A stretch of 60,586 nucleotides of DNA from Gammaproteobacteria bacterium. Lineage in GTDB: Bacteria; Pseudomonadota; Gammaproteobacteria; Enterobacterales; Alteromonadaceae. The notes beneath the pieces are model-generated. The model saw only the letters and a list, made by a program, of their open reading frames with translations. It ran no database searches and was not told the origin of the DNA. Shown in pieces: positions 41,462-51,032 of the stretch. Made by a program: the position numbers and the translations under genes. The stretch covers positions 1-60,586 of the forward strand of contig JABXID010000203.1 in the NCBI GenBank assembly GCA_013373245.1, written 5' to 3'. Positions within the stretch are counted from its first letter, which is position 1. Every line of letters starts with the position of its first letter.

Positions 41462-43450
41462 ATGTCAGTAGAATTCTCTCGCTCATTAAACGCTATAAAA
41501 AAACAATTACAAATGGGTCATCATGATCAGGTAAATCAAAGTATTGCTGAGCTACGCACTACGCCTGATTTATCAGATGAACAAAAGATAGAGTTATTGT
41601 ATTTAAACTCTGTAGCGCTTCGATATCAAAAACAGTACAAACAAGCGTATGAATGTCATACACAACTTATTCAATTAAAAAACAGTTATGCTCGAGTTTA
41701 CCAGGAGCAAGGTTACTGCCTTTTAGCTGAAAGCCACACTGACAAAGCATTAGAGGCATTTCATAAAGCGGTGGAGTTAAACCCAGCGTTGCTTGCGTCA
41801 TGGCAAAAAATAGTTGAGTTGTTAAATGCGCAACAGCACACCAATTATCACAGTGCCTTGAGCCAATTTAAACGTTTACAAGCACTGCCTCCGCCAGTTC
41901 TAGCTGCAATGGATCTTATGCATGAAGGGCAACTTTATAAAGCAGAGCAGGTATGCCGTAAGTTTTTGCAAGCTAATAAACATCAACCTGATGCAATGTG
42001 CTTATTGGCGGAAATTGGTCTGCAGCTTAAGGTGTTTGATGATGCTGAGTTTTTATTAGAAAGTTGCGTTAATTTATATCCGGATAATGAACAAGCCAAA
42101 GTTAGCTACATTAATATTTTGACTCGGCTTGGTAAATTTGAGCAAGCAGCAAAACATGCGTTAGATTATTTAAAACACTTTTCCATTAACTCTACGGCCA
42201 GTATTAACGTCAAGATGAGGTTGGCCAGTTGTTACGTGAGTTTGGGAAAGCTAGAAGAAGCGATTGAAATCTATCAGCAAATTTTAACGTCTTCACCAAA
42301 TCGCGCCGGGGTTTATGTGCAACTAGGCCATGCTTATAAAACGGATGGACAAGCAGAAAAAGCCATAGATTCGTATCAGTCAGCATATCAGCTGCAGTCT
42401 AATTACGGCGATGCATATTGGTCGTTGGCCAATATCAAAACGTATCGTTTCAGTGAGCAAGAATTGACGGCGATGAAAATCAGTTTAAATGATGCTTTGG
42501 TATCCGAACAGGATAAAATCCATATTAGTTTTGCATTGGGTAAAGCTTATGAAGATGCAAAAGATTTTGAACAGTCATTCATTTTTTATCAACAAGGAAA
42601 CGATTTACAAAAAAAAGCATTATTCTACGATGCGGATAAAACGTCAGAACTCATCGACTTACAAATAAAACACTGTACAAAAGATGTATTTGAGCAGCAA
42701 AAAGGTCACGGGGTTGAAAGCAATGCGCCTATATTTATTTTAGGGTTGCCAAGGGCAGGTTCGACCTTGTTGGAACAGATTTTAGCGTCACATTCGCAAG
42801 TTGACGGTACGATGGAACTGCATAATATTTTGGGCATCGCGTTGAAGCTTCGTGGCAGAATCGTTGGTGGGGAGCCTCAATACCCGAAAAATTTGGCAGA
42901 GTTATCCGAAGTGCAAATACGCCAACTAGGTGAAATATTTCTTCGCGAGACGCAAAGTTACCGAGGCAATGCACCTTATTTTATAGATAAAATGCCGAAC
43001 AATTTTGTTCACATAGGGTTAATTAAGCTGATATTACCCAATGCAAAAATAATTGATGCTCGAAGAGAGCCAATGGCTTGTTGTTTTAGTGGCTTTAAAC
43101 AATTGTTTGGTGAAGGACAAGAGTTTAGCTATAACCTGACGGACATCGCTCGATATTATAAAGATTATGAACGATTGATGGCGCACTGGGGTGAAGTCTT
43201 TCCGGGACAAATTTTACGTGTACAGCACGAAGATCTGGTTAATAACTTTGAGCATGAAGTAAAACGCATTCTTGAATACTGTGGTTTGCCATTTGAACAC
43301 TCGTGTTTGGAGTTTTATAACACAAAGAGAAACGTCCATACACCGAGTGCAGAGCAAGTGCGACAACCGATCAATACAAAAGGATTAACTCAGTGGAAGA
43401 ACTACGAGCCGTACCTTGATGAGTTGAAACAGACTTTTAATAACGTTTAG
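41462..43450 (+). CDS. TPR-repeat sulfotransferase family protein
   Basis: N-terminal TPRs, 5'-PSB motif GLPRAGSTLLEQIL, DKMPNNF and TPSAEQVRQPI. ATG 41462 is preferred because the TTG at 41426 lies inside the terminator. Confidence 0.9.
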   Translation: MSVEFSRSLNAIKKQLQMGHHDQVNQSIAELRTTPDLSDEQKIELLYLNSVALRYQKQYKQAYECHTQLIQLKNSYARVYQEQGYCLLAESHTDKALEAFHKAVELNPALLASWQKIVELLNAQQHTNYHSALSQFKRLQALPPPVLAAMDLMHEGQLYKAEQVCRKFLQANKHQPDAMCLLAEIGLQLKVFDDAEFLLESCVNLYPDNEQAKVSYINILTRLGKFEQAAKHALDYLKHFSINSTASINVKMRLASCYVSLGKLEEAIEIYQQILTSSPNRAGVYVQLGHAYKTDGQAEKAIDSYQSAYQLQSNYGDAYWSLANIKTYRFSEQELTAMKISLNDALVSEQDKIHISFALGKAYEDAKDFEQSFIFYQQGNDLQKKALFYDADKTSELIDLQIKHCTKDVFEQQKGHGVESNAPIFILGLPRAGSTLLEQILASHSQVDGTMELHNILGIALKLRGRIVGGEPQYPKNLAELSEVQIRQLGEIFLRETQSYRGNAPYFIDKMPNNFVHIGLIKLILPNAKIIDARREPMACCFSGFKQLFGEGQEFSYNLTDIARYYKDYERLMAHWGEVFPGQILRVQHEDLVNNFEHEVKRILEYCGLPFEHSCLEFYNTKRNVHTPSAEQVRQPINTKGLTQWKNYEPYLDELKQTFNNV

Positions 43451-43541
43451 AGTCTCTTTATCATCTTAGTTGGTAAAGCGCCGAACTTTCAATAAGCGAG
43501 GACGGCACACGGATTAATTCGTTATGGCGGTTGAAACAAAC

Positions 43542-44413
43542 TTACTTGTCAAAAGTAGCTTGTAAAAATTTTACCGCTTTGCGGCGAGACTTTTTGGCGG
43601 TTTCCAAATCTGGCGATAATGTTACCAAACCTCCTTGTCCAACATGTGATGCAGGATCCTCAACAATAAGCTTCGGCTCTAATCTATCCCACGTGTGATA
43701 CACGTCTGGGTATTCAATAACAGTTACAACTTGTTGATCTGACTCAGGTATTTGACTGACCATTAATTCACAAGCACCTGGAAAGTCGTAATCATCCAAT
43801 TCAGCTGTTTGGATAAGTACAGGTGCGCCAGTTAAGTTTGAAAAGTCGAAGCCTGGAATTTGGTTATACGCGTAACAAACTGGGTAATGAGCAATATGTG
43901 CTGCAAACCTGAAAGGTAAGTTGAATGCTGAATCAATGGCGTTGGTTGCCGTTAACATGGAAACTACACCTCCCCAAGAGAAGCCCATTAAAGCAATTTT
44001 ATCTGCATCAATTGAAGGGTGTTGGGCAAGATAGACTAATGCTGAATATGCATCTGGTAACGTTTCGTGTGGTGCTTCTGGACGGTCAGCGCTGCCACCA
44101 GTAAGTCCTCGTCCGCCCCACAAATCTACTTCCAATGTGGCGTAACCCACATTGTTAAATTTTTCGCATAAAACGAGCCTGTGCTGTCTATGCCTGCGGA
44201 ATTGTGCAATATAATAACGGCTGGTATTGGTGCGTTTACATCACGAGGTATTCTAAGTTGGGCACCAACATTAAGAGTATTCTCTGCCGATAGTTGTACA
44301 GGCAAATTAACGTAGTTTACATGTGGTAGTTGGTCTGATTTATGTTCGTGGCTTTTGGCAGAAACGTGAAATTGACACAAAGATACAGCTGCAAGTAGCA
44401 GAAATTTATACAT
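43542..44413 (-). pseudogene. Secreted dienelactone-hydrolase-like alpha/beta hydrolase, split by a one-base frameshift near 44160
   Basis: The 5' ORF has a signal peptide and PAVIILH. The 3' ORF has GYATLEVD, the nucleophile motif GFSWGG, an Asp and the His of VYHTWD. The two join by a -1 shift. Confidence 0.75.
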
Positions 44414-44465
44414 GGTTAAATACCTTTAAATTAAAAGTTGAGAACAAACTCTAGTTAACAAATTA

Positions 44466-44491
44466 AAAAGGCGCAATTCAATGCACCTTTT
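44466..44491 (-). terminator. Terminator between the sORF and the hydrolase gene
   Basis: Minus strand AAAAGGTGCA-TTGAAT-TGCGCCTTTTT. Confidence 0.7.
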
Positions 44492-44508
44492 AATTTGTTA
44501 TAAATTAG

Positions 44509-44565
44509 TTACTTTACTAGATAGTAAGGAAACCAGTTTGGCTCTTCGTTGTATTCGTTGTTCAT
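44509..44565 (-). CDS. Unannotated small ORF, 18 aa (MNNEYNEEPNWFPYYLVK)
   Basis: ATG preceded by AAGAGA and an A-rich leader; TAA followed about 18 nt later by a terminator. Confidence 0.5.
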   Translation of the reverse strand: MNNEYNEEPNWFPYYLVK

Positions 44566-44712
44566 TTGCAGATCTCTTATTTAAACGTTTGTTTTTTTAT
44601 GTTGGTTGGGTACAAAGTAAGTCACTTTGTGGGTGAAGTTTACTGCATCTGAAATAATTATGAAAGTTAAAATGTAATATTACACTTTAACTTTCAGTTT
44701 GTTGTGCGGGAC

Positions 44713-46002
44713 TTAACTATACGAGTTAAAAAGTGTGTTGTAAGTTTTTGTTGCCTGTTCATCAGACATGCTCGCTAAATAGTCGCAAAGTATTCGGTCA
44801 GCATTACCTTGTTGTGACATGGTTAGTTGCCACAATTGACCAACTGGCAAGGGTAGTAGGCGAAGAGGATCTGTTTTAAAAGCATCGAACATTGTCATTA
44901 ACATTCGCTGACCTTTGAATTCGATTTGTTGAATTTCCGGAGCCATGATCACGTTGTTATAAACAAACGACTTTAAAATATTGAGCAGTGGCGCTGAAGA
45001 TTCTGAAAGTTTTGTGTTGTATTTCAAAAGGGGTTCCGAAAACTCAGGCTGTTCAACCACTTTAATATTGGTGATTAAATGGTTAACAAGAGCGCCGATC
45101 GCGCTTTTTCTTTGATGATGCTGGTCGCTGAACAACATATCACTGAGTTGTTGTGAATATTTTTTAGACCATAAGTTGTCGATTTTTTGTAGTTGTGGCA
45201 GTGCCTGTTCGAACCACTGCTCTTTTTTGACATTGTCAAGCACAATTGCATCTTCTAAGTCGTGAACCCCGTATGCTATATCATCTGCTAACTCCATAAT
45301 TGACGCATCAAATGATTTAAACTTTGTTTTGTTGTTTTGACTAGTTAAAAATAGTGACTTGTCTTGTTCAGACAGTGGCTTAATTACCCATTCAAAACAT
45401 AGTTTGTCATCAGAAAATAGCCCTTTGGTTGGTTTCCAGTCATCCGCTTTTATTAAGTAGTTGGGATGATTGGCGGCTGTGTCTTGTGATCTTGTTTCGA
45501 TAAACTGCGGATACTTGATGAGTCCTAAAGTGCTGCGGCGAGTTAGGTCCATACCATAATGTTCTGTGTATGGTTCTAACAAGGTAATGATCCGAAACGT
45601 TTGCCCGTTGGCTTCAAAACCTCCTGAATTACGCATCATATAATTTAACGCGATTTCTCCGCCATGACCGAACGAGGGGTGACCTAAATCGTGAGCAAGA
45701 CAAAGTGATTCAATTAGCGCATCGGACGGGATGAGGTCAATAAGCGTCTGAGAACTCAATACTTGTTGATTTTGTCGTAGTTGTGCGGTTAAACCGGTAC
45801 CGATTTGTGCTACTTCTAGAGAATGGGTCAATCGTGTTCGATAAAAATCATTTTGACCAACGCTTAATATTTGGGTTTTTGATTGTAAACGTCTGAATGC
45901 TGCTGAATGTAATATTCTGGCTTTATCTCTTTGATAGGGGTTTCGATGATCATTAGGACGTTGTTTATTTTCCCCTGATAGTCGCTCCGTCCATACTGAC
46001 AT
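44713..46002 (-). CDS. dgt: Deoxyguanosinetriphosphate triphosphohydrolase (dGTPase, HD family)
   Basis: FRRLQSKTQ, RTRLTHSLEVAQ, HDLGHPSFGHGGE, FEANGQ and DDIAYGVHDLED motifs. Confidence 0.93.
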   Translation of the reverse strand: MSVWTERLSGENKQRPNDHRNPYQRDKARILHSAAFRRLQSKTQILSVGQNDFYRTRLTHSLEVAQIGTGLTAQLRQNQQVLSSQTLIDLIPSDALIESLCLAHDLGHPSFGHGGEIALNYMMRNSGGFEANGQTFRIITLLEPYTEHYGMDLTRRSTLGLIKYPQFIETRSQDTAANHPNYLIKADDWKPTKGLFSDDKLCFEWVIKPLSEQDKSLFLTSQNNKTKFKSFDASIMELADDIAYGVHDLEDAIVLDNVKKEQWFEQALPQLQKIDNLWSKKYSQQLSDMLFSDQHHQRKSAIGALVNHLITNIKVVEQPEFSEPLLKYNTKLSESSAPLLNILKSFVYNNVIMAPEIQQIEFKGQRMLMTMFDAFKTDPLRLLPLPVGQLWQLTMSQQGNADRILCDYLASMSDEQATKTYNTLFNSYS

Positions 46003-46106
46003 ATTCTCTTTATTCTCCGTTAAACCCAAACGCAATTAATTTACTGAGTTTAAAACGTGCTGTCTATTGAAAATAGGTTAGAAGGGTAAAGTATCAATAA
46101 TCTTTT

Positions 46107-46134
46107 TGATCGAATTTCAATTATTGCCCGTATC
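46107..46134 (+). promoter_or_regulatory. RpoE(ChrR)-type ECF promoter TGATCG-N16-CGTATC
   Basis: Fits the TGATC(C)-spacer-CGTA consensus of RpoE-ChrR regulons; upstream of the first cluster gene. Confidence 0.75.
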
Positions 46135-46182
46135 TGTGATCAGTTATCAAAAATCGTCATTAGAAGGTGTGTCAAAATCAAC

Positions 46183-46749
46183 GTGAAGTTACCTATATTT
46201 ACATTACCCATATTTTTATTGCCACAAGGTATCACCCGCATTCGAGTGTATGAGCCGAGGTATTTAAAGTTAGTACGGATAGCTTCGCAGAACGACGGGT
46301 TTGTTATTTATCATGGCAACAAAACTGTCGACAACGTTGGTAGTTGGGTAAACATTGTCAACTTTGAGCAAGGTGACGACGATGTGTTGATTATAGATGT
46401 GGAGTGTCGTTCTTTAGTGGGTTTGTCTGAGTTTGAAGCGGATGAAGAACAGTTGTCTTTTGCGACGATAAACAAAATAACGCACTGGTTTGACGGTAAA
46501 ACCCAGCAACAAAAAGTTAATGATGAGATAGAACGCGAATTGTCAGTTGCACTAAGAGCGGTATTTGACGAACACTCGGTATTGCAAAACCTTTATGAAA
46601 CAAAATTTCTTGATTCGCCATATTGGACGGTAGCCCGTTGGATAGAAATATTGCCCGTTTCTTACGCCGATAAGCGGTCATTCATTGCTTCTGACTCGTA
46701 TGAACAAGCGAAGAGTTTTGTTTACTCTGTAGTGGTTGATAAAAATTAG
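46183..46749 (+). CDS. LON peptidase substrate-binding-domain protein
   Basis: LPIFTLPIFLLPQG..RVYEPRYLKLV; typical neighbour of rpoE-chrR. Confidence 0.85.
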   Translation: MKLPIFTLPIFLLPQGITRIRVYEPRYLKLVRIASQNDGFVIYHGNKTVDNVGSWVNIVNFEQGDDDVLIIDVECRSLVGLSEFEADEEQLSFATINKITHWFDGKTQQQKVNDEIERELSVALRAVFDEHSVLQNLYETKFLDSPYWTVARWIEILPVSYADKRSFIASDSYEQAKSFVYSVVVDKN

Positions 46750-46769
46750 TAAAAATTTTTCATGCAATG

Positions 46770-46797
46770 TGATCTTTGTAGCTAGCCAAAAAGTATT
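46770..46797 (+). promoter_or_regulatory. Second RpoE(ChrR)-type promoter TGATCT-N16-AGTATT (autoregulatory)
   Basis: Same geometry as the 46107 site, directly upstream of the sigma gene. Confidence 0.65.
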
Positions 46798-46828
46798 ATC
46801 TGTTAACGATAATTGGAGAGTATGCATT

Positions 46829-47455
46829 ATGGCTGATGTTCAAACTGAGTTGCGTAATAAGACGGTCAGTGATAAACCTAGTCTTATGAATAAAGAACTC
46901 GATCATTTGCAACTTTGTCAATGGCTTACTGCGGTAGCTACTGATAGAGACAAACAAGCGTTTACTCGTTTGTTTCAGTTTTTTGCACCTAAAATTTTAC
47001 GGATTGCAAAAGGGAAATTTCCAAACGAAGCGCAGGCTAACGAAGTGGTGCAAGAAACCATGACAAATGTCTGGCGAAAAGCACATTTGTTCGATCAGAA
47101 CAAAGGCGCAGTAACCACTTGGATATACACCGTGATGCGTAACGTGACGTTTGACATGTTACGTAAAGTGAAATCAAACAAGGAAGATAACCTCAGTGAT
47201 GATATTTGGCCACTTGCAGAAAGTTTGGTCACAGAAGATGAAGTATTTGTCGATCACATTGAGAATAAAAAAATATGCGACGTTATAGCTGTGTTGCCAG
47301 AAAACCAGCAACAAGTCATTAAAGGGTTTTACTTTAATGAGATGTCACAAGAGCAGTTAGCTGCTCATCTAAATGTACCTTTAGGCACCATCAAGTCACG
47401 TTTACGACTTGCACTCGCAAAACTCAAGAAGCAATTAGGAGAGTCTTATGATTAA
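46829..47455 (+). CDS. ECF sigma factor of the RpoE-ChrR (singlet oxygen) class
   Basis: DKQAFTRLFQFFAP, VWRKAHLFD and PLGTIKSRLRLAL; overlaps chrR. Confidence 0.92.
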   Translation: MADVQTELRNKTVSDKPSLMNKELDHLQLCQWLTAVATDRDKQAFTRLFQFFAPKILRIAKGKFPNEAQANEVVQETMTNVWRKAHLFDQNKGAVTTWIYTVMRNVTFDMLRKVKSNKEDNLSDDIWPLAESLVTEDEVFVDHIENKKICDVIAVLPENQQQVIKGFYFNEMSQEQLAAHLNVPLGTIKSRLRLALAKLKKQLGESYD

Positions 47456-48128
47456 CCATCACCCTAAATTTGAGTTGATACAGGCCTACGTAAACGGAGA
47501 TTTACCAGCATCTGTTTCAGCAGCTATTAAAATCCACGCAGATATGTGTCCCGAATGCCAAGAAAAAATATTGCAGCTAACGGAGCAAGTAGCGGAAATC
47601 AGTTTTGAGAAAGTAGAATCTGATGAAGATATGTCGATTGAGTTGTCTGAACAAGACGCTGATATGTTAAGTCAAATACTGGCCGATGCTGAGTTTCTGC
47701 AAACAGATGATGTTGTTACGGCCGAAGTCGCCGAACGATTTGTTATGTTTAAGGGTAAAAACTACAAATTACCCAACGTGTTAGCCAACATGGAGATTGG
47801 TGGGGTTACTAACATCGGAAAGTTGGCTCGTTCACGAGTTTTGCTCGATGAAGGCGAAATTAGAACCAGTTTATTACATATAGAACCGGAGGGCTCTGTA
47901 CCTCAACACACGCATAAAGGTTTTGAAATTACGCTTTTGCTTGATGGAGAGTTTTCCGATAAAAGCGGAACCTATGTTAAGGGCGACTTCATTATGTTAG
48001 ACGGTCAACATGAACATCAACCAGTTAGCGATAATGGGTGTTTGTGCTTTACTGTAGTTAACGATGCTCTGCATTTTACGCAAGGGATCAATAAATTACT
48101 CAATCCAATTGGATCTTTAATTTATTAA
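47448..48128 (+). CDS. chrR: ChrR anti-sigma factor
   Basis: Zinc anti-sigma domain HHP..HADMCPEC plus cupin domain PQHTHKGFE. Confidence 0.95.
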   Translation: MINHHPKFELIQAYVNGDLPASVSAAIKIHADMCPECQEKILQLTEQVAEISFEKVESDEDMSIELSEQDADMLSQILADAEFLQTDDVVTAEVAERFVMFKGKNYKLPNVLANMEIGGVTNIGKLARSRVLLDEGEIRTSLLHIEPEGSVPQHTHKGFEITLLLDGEFSDKSGTYVKGDFIMLDGQHEHQPVSDNGCLCFTVVNDALHFTQGINKLLNPIGSLIY

Positions 48129-48139
48129 GCGAGGTTAGT

Positions 48140-49156
48140 ATGGCCAACTACGAATTTGAAAGACGTGATGTTGAAAGTATCGAAGCGCAGCAGGAATCAA
48201 AACCTAAAAAATTACCAGAGACTATCGAAATTGGTATAAGCGCTTGTTTGGTTGGTGAAAAAGTTCGTTATGACGCCAGTAATAAGCCGTCAAATTTTTG
48301 TAACCATGAGTTAGGTAAACACGTCCGCTACAAAGCATTTTGTCCAGAAGTCGCGGTTGGTTTGCCGATTCCTCGTCCCACCATACGACAGATACTTGAT
48401 GGTGACGTTATTAAAGTCGCTCGCCCAGATGGCTCTGGTGATGTGTCTGATGCGCTTCGTGAATATGGTAGAAAAGTCGCTAAGTTAACGTCAACCATGA
48501 GTGGTTATGTTTTTTGTGCGAAAAGCCCGAGCTGTGGGATGGAGCGCGTGAAAATGTACTCACCAGAAGGTAACCCGTTAAGAGAACAAAGCGTTGGCGT
48601 TTTCGCAAAAGAAATAATGGACGCCAACCCACTTTTGCCTTGTGAAGAGAATGGCAGACTGAACGATCCCGTAATTAAAGAAAATTTCGTGGCTCGCGTT
48701 TTTGCTTACCGTAAATGGCAAGAGTTGGTGGAAAGCGGCCTTAGCAAACATAAATTAATGACGTTCCACAGCCAATACAAATACACGCTAATGAGCCATG
48801 ATCTTGTTGCTTATAAAGAATTAGGCCGATTGCTAGCAAGAGCTGATCTAGACGTTGAACAAATGGCAGATCAATACGTGGCAGGTTTTATGGCTGCGCT
48901 AAAAATAAAAGCGACTCGAAAAAAACACGCCAATACGTTAGCTCATATCCAAGGGTATTTTTCTAAGCACCTGACAAAAGAGCAACGTCAAGAATTAACC
49001 GAACAAATCGAGGCTTACCGCGTTGGATTGTCACCACTAATTGCGCCGTTAACTTTGGTAAAACATTATTTGATGGAACATCCAAAACCTTATTTGGCAC
49101 AGCAATCATATCTTAACCCGTACCCGGACGAACTGCGATTGCGATATGGATATTAG
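48140..49156 (+). CDS. DUF523/DUF1722 (YbgA-like) protein
   Basis: GISACLVGEKVRYD, CPEV, KSPSCG, HIQGYF and YLNPYP motifs. Confidence 0.9.
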   Translation: MANYEFERRDVESIEAQQESKPKKLPETIEIGISACLVGEKVRYDASNKPSNFCNHELGKHVRYKAFCPEVAVGLPIPRPTIRQILDGDVIKVARPDGSGDVSDALREYGRKVAKLTSTMSGYVFCAKSPSCGMERVKMYSPEGNPLREQSVGVFAKEIMDANPLLPCEENGRLNDPVIKENFVARVFAYRKWQELVESGLSKHKLMTFHSQYKYTLMSHDLVAYKELGRLLARADLDVEQMADQYVAGFMAALKIKATRKKHANTLAHIQGYFSKHLTKEQRQELTEQIEAYRVGLSPLIAPLTLVKHYLMEHPKPYLAQQSYLNPYPDELRLRYGY

Positions 49157-49162
49157 CCACTG

Positions 49163-50542
49163 ATGTCGTCGATAATTTGGTTTAGAAATGATTTAAGAGT
49201 TCACGACAATCCAGCATTGCATCAAGCTTTATCGTTAAGAGAAAAAGATGCCGATTATAAAATAAGCGCCATTGTTTTTTACCCCAAAAAGCAATGGCTT
49301 TTGCATGATTGGTCGGAAATTAAAATTGATTTTTATAAGCGTCATGTTCAGCTTTTAGCCGCGCAATTGGCGAAACTAAACATTCAACTCGACGTAGTCG
49401 AAGTGGATGACTTTAGTCAACAAGTGGACTATTTCATTAAACTTGCCGAGCAAGATGCAATTCAACACATTTATGCCAACTCAGAGCCTGAAATTAATGA
49501 AGTGAAACGTGACCACGATTGTCTAAACGCAGGGTTACCACTGACTCTATTTGAAGCGGATGTCATTGTTGCTAAAGGTCGCGTGCTGAACAAATCGGGC
49601 GAGATGTTTAAAGTATTCACACCATTTAAAAAAGCTTGGCTCGAATACGTAAAATCGCATGGCTTCGAATATTTGGCAAAACCGAATGGTTATGATGAAC
49701 CTTCTTTCACTGAAAAATCAGAATCAACTTCTAGTGTTTGGCCTCTTGTCAGTCAAGTTGAACAAGAAGTTATCCCTAACTTTTTGGAGACAAAACTATA
49801 TAGTTACTCAGAACAGCGCGATATACCGTCAATTAAAGGGACATCTGGACTTTCTCCTTATTTAGCTATCGGCGCCCTTAGCCCAAGGTATTTACTGGTT
49901 TTATTGTTAAACCGTGATCCGCACTTATTGGATGATATGAATAGTGCTCAGTTCACTTGGGTCAATGAGCTCATTTGGCGGGAGTTTTATCGTCACCTCA
50001 TTTACCATCAGCCAGCATTGTGCAAACACGTATGTTTTAACGAAAAATATCGAGCGACACAATGGCCAAATCAACAAGCTTTGTTTAATGCTTGGTGTGA
50101 GGGCAAAACGGGATATCCGATTGTTGATGCGGCTATGCGTCAGCTGCTAAAAACGGGCTGGATGCATAATCGACTGAGAATGATTGTGGCTAGCTTTTTA
50201 ACGAAACACTTGCTTGTCGATTGGCGTTGGGGTGAAAAGTTTTTTATGAATCATCTAATCGACGGTGATTTAGCTGCAAATAATGGCGGTTGGCAATGGG
50301 CGGCTAGCACGGGGTGCGATGCGCAGCCATATTTCAGAATTTTTAATCCGACGTTACAAAGTAAAAAGTTTGATCCCGAAGGTGAATTTATTCGTAAATA
50401 TTTACCAGAATTGGAGGTCATTCCTAACAAGGAAATTCATGCTCCTCATAAGTATATGAAGGCGAAAGGACTCAATGTTTATTGGCCTGAGATAGTAGAG
50501 CACAAACAAGCGCGTTTAGCGGCTTTAGATTTTTATAAATAG
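49163..50542 (+). CDS. phrB: Class I CPD DNA photolyase
   Basis: WFRNDLRVHDNPAL, TSGLSPYL, ELIWREFY, GWMHNRLRM and NNGGWQW motifs. Confidence 0.95.
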   Translation: MSSIIWFRNDLRVHDNPALHQALSLREKDADYKISAIVFYPKKQWLLHDWSEIKIDFYKRHVQLLAAQLAKLNIQLDVVEVDDFSQQVDYFIKLAEQDAIQHIYANSEPEINEVKRDHDCLNAGLPLTLFEADVIVAKGRVLNKSGEMFKVFTPFKKAWLEYVKSHGFEYLAKPNGYDEPSFTEKSESTSSVWPLVSQVEQEVIPNFLETKLYSYSEQRDIPSIKGTSGLSPYLAIGALSPRYLLVLLLNRDPHLLDDMNSAQFTWVNELIWREFYRHLIYHQPALCKHVCFNEKYRATQWPNQQALFNAWCEGKTGYPIVDAAMRQLLKTGWMHNRLRMIVASFLTKHLLVDWRWGEKFFMNHLIDGDLAANNGGWQWAASTGCDAQPYFRIFNPTLQSKKFDPEGEFIRKYLPELEVIPNKEIHAPHKYMKAKGLNVYWPEIVEHKQARLAALDFYK

Positions 50543-50582
50543 AGGCTGCTCGAAAACGGTATCAACTGGAACTTTTTAATTT

Positions 50583-51032
50583 ATGAACACTGTTGTTGAA
50601 CATAATCCAATTTGGCTAACTAAGTTTGTTAATGTTTATGAGAACTTAGCTACTGATAATTTGGATTTGTTATTAGACTTGTATCACCAAGACATTTATT
50701 TTCAGGATCCGCTGCACGAACTTAAAGGCTTATCGCAGCTAACAGAATATTTCGATGGTCTTTATGAAAACCTGATCACGTGCCAGTTTAATATTCATAG
50801 CGCGGTCTGCGATGGTACACAAGCCTCGCTGTATTGGACTATGACGTTTGAACACCCCAAATTAGCGAAAGGAGTTCCAGTAGAGGTCGATGGTAATTCC
50901 TTAATAAAAGGTAACGCCGATAAAGTTACTTATCATAGAGACTATTATGACGTGGGTGCCATGTTATACGAGCAGTTACCTTTATTGGGACGTGTTATTC
51001 GCCACATAAAAACTAGGGCTGCACAATCATGA
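50583..51032 (+). CDS. NTF2/SnoaL-like protein
   Basis: FQDPLH and HRDYYDVGAMLYE motifs. Confidence 0.88.
   Translation: MNTVVEHNPIWLTKFVNVYENLATDNLDLLLDLYHQDIYFQDPLHELKGLSQLTEYFDGLYENLITCQFNIHSAVCDGTQASLYWTMTFEHPKLAKGVPVEVDGNSLIKGNADKVTYHRDYYDVGAMLYEQLPLLGRVIRHIKTRAAQS

Noticed and set aside
43464-43510. tRNA-like string TAGTTGGTAAAGCGCCGAACTTTCAAT
   Set aside because: It resembles a D-loop only. No anticodon stem, T-arm or acceptor stem can be folded.
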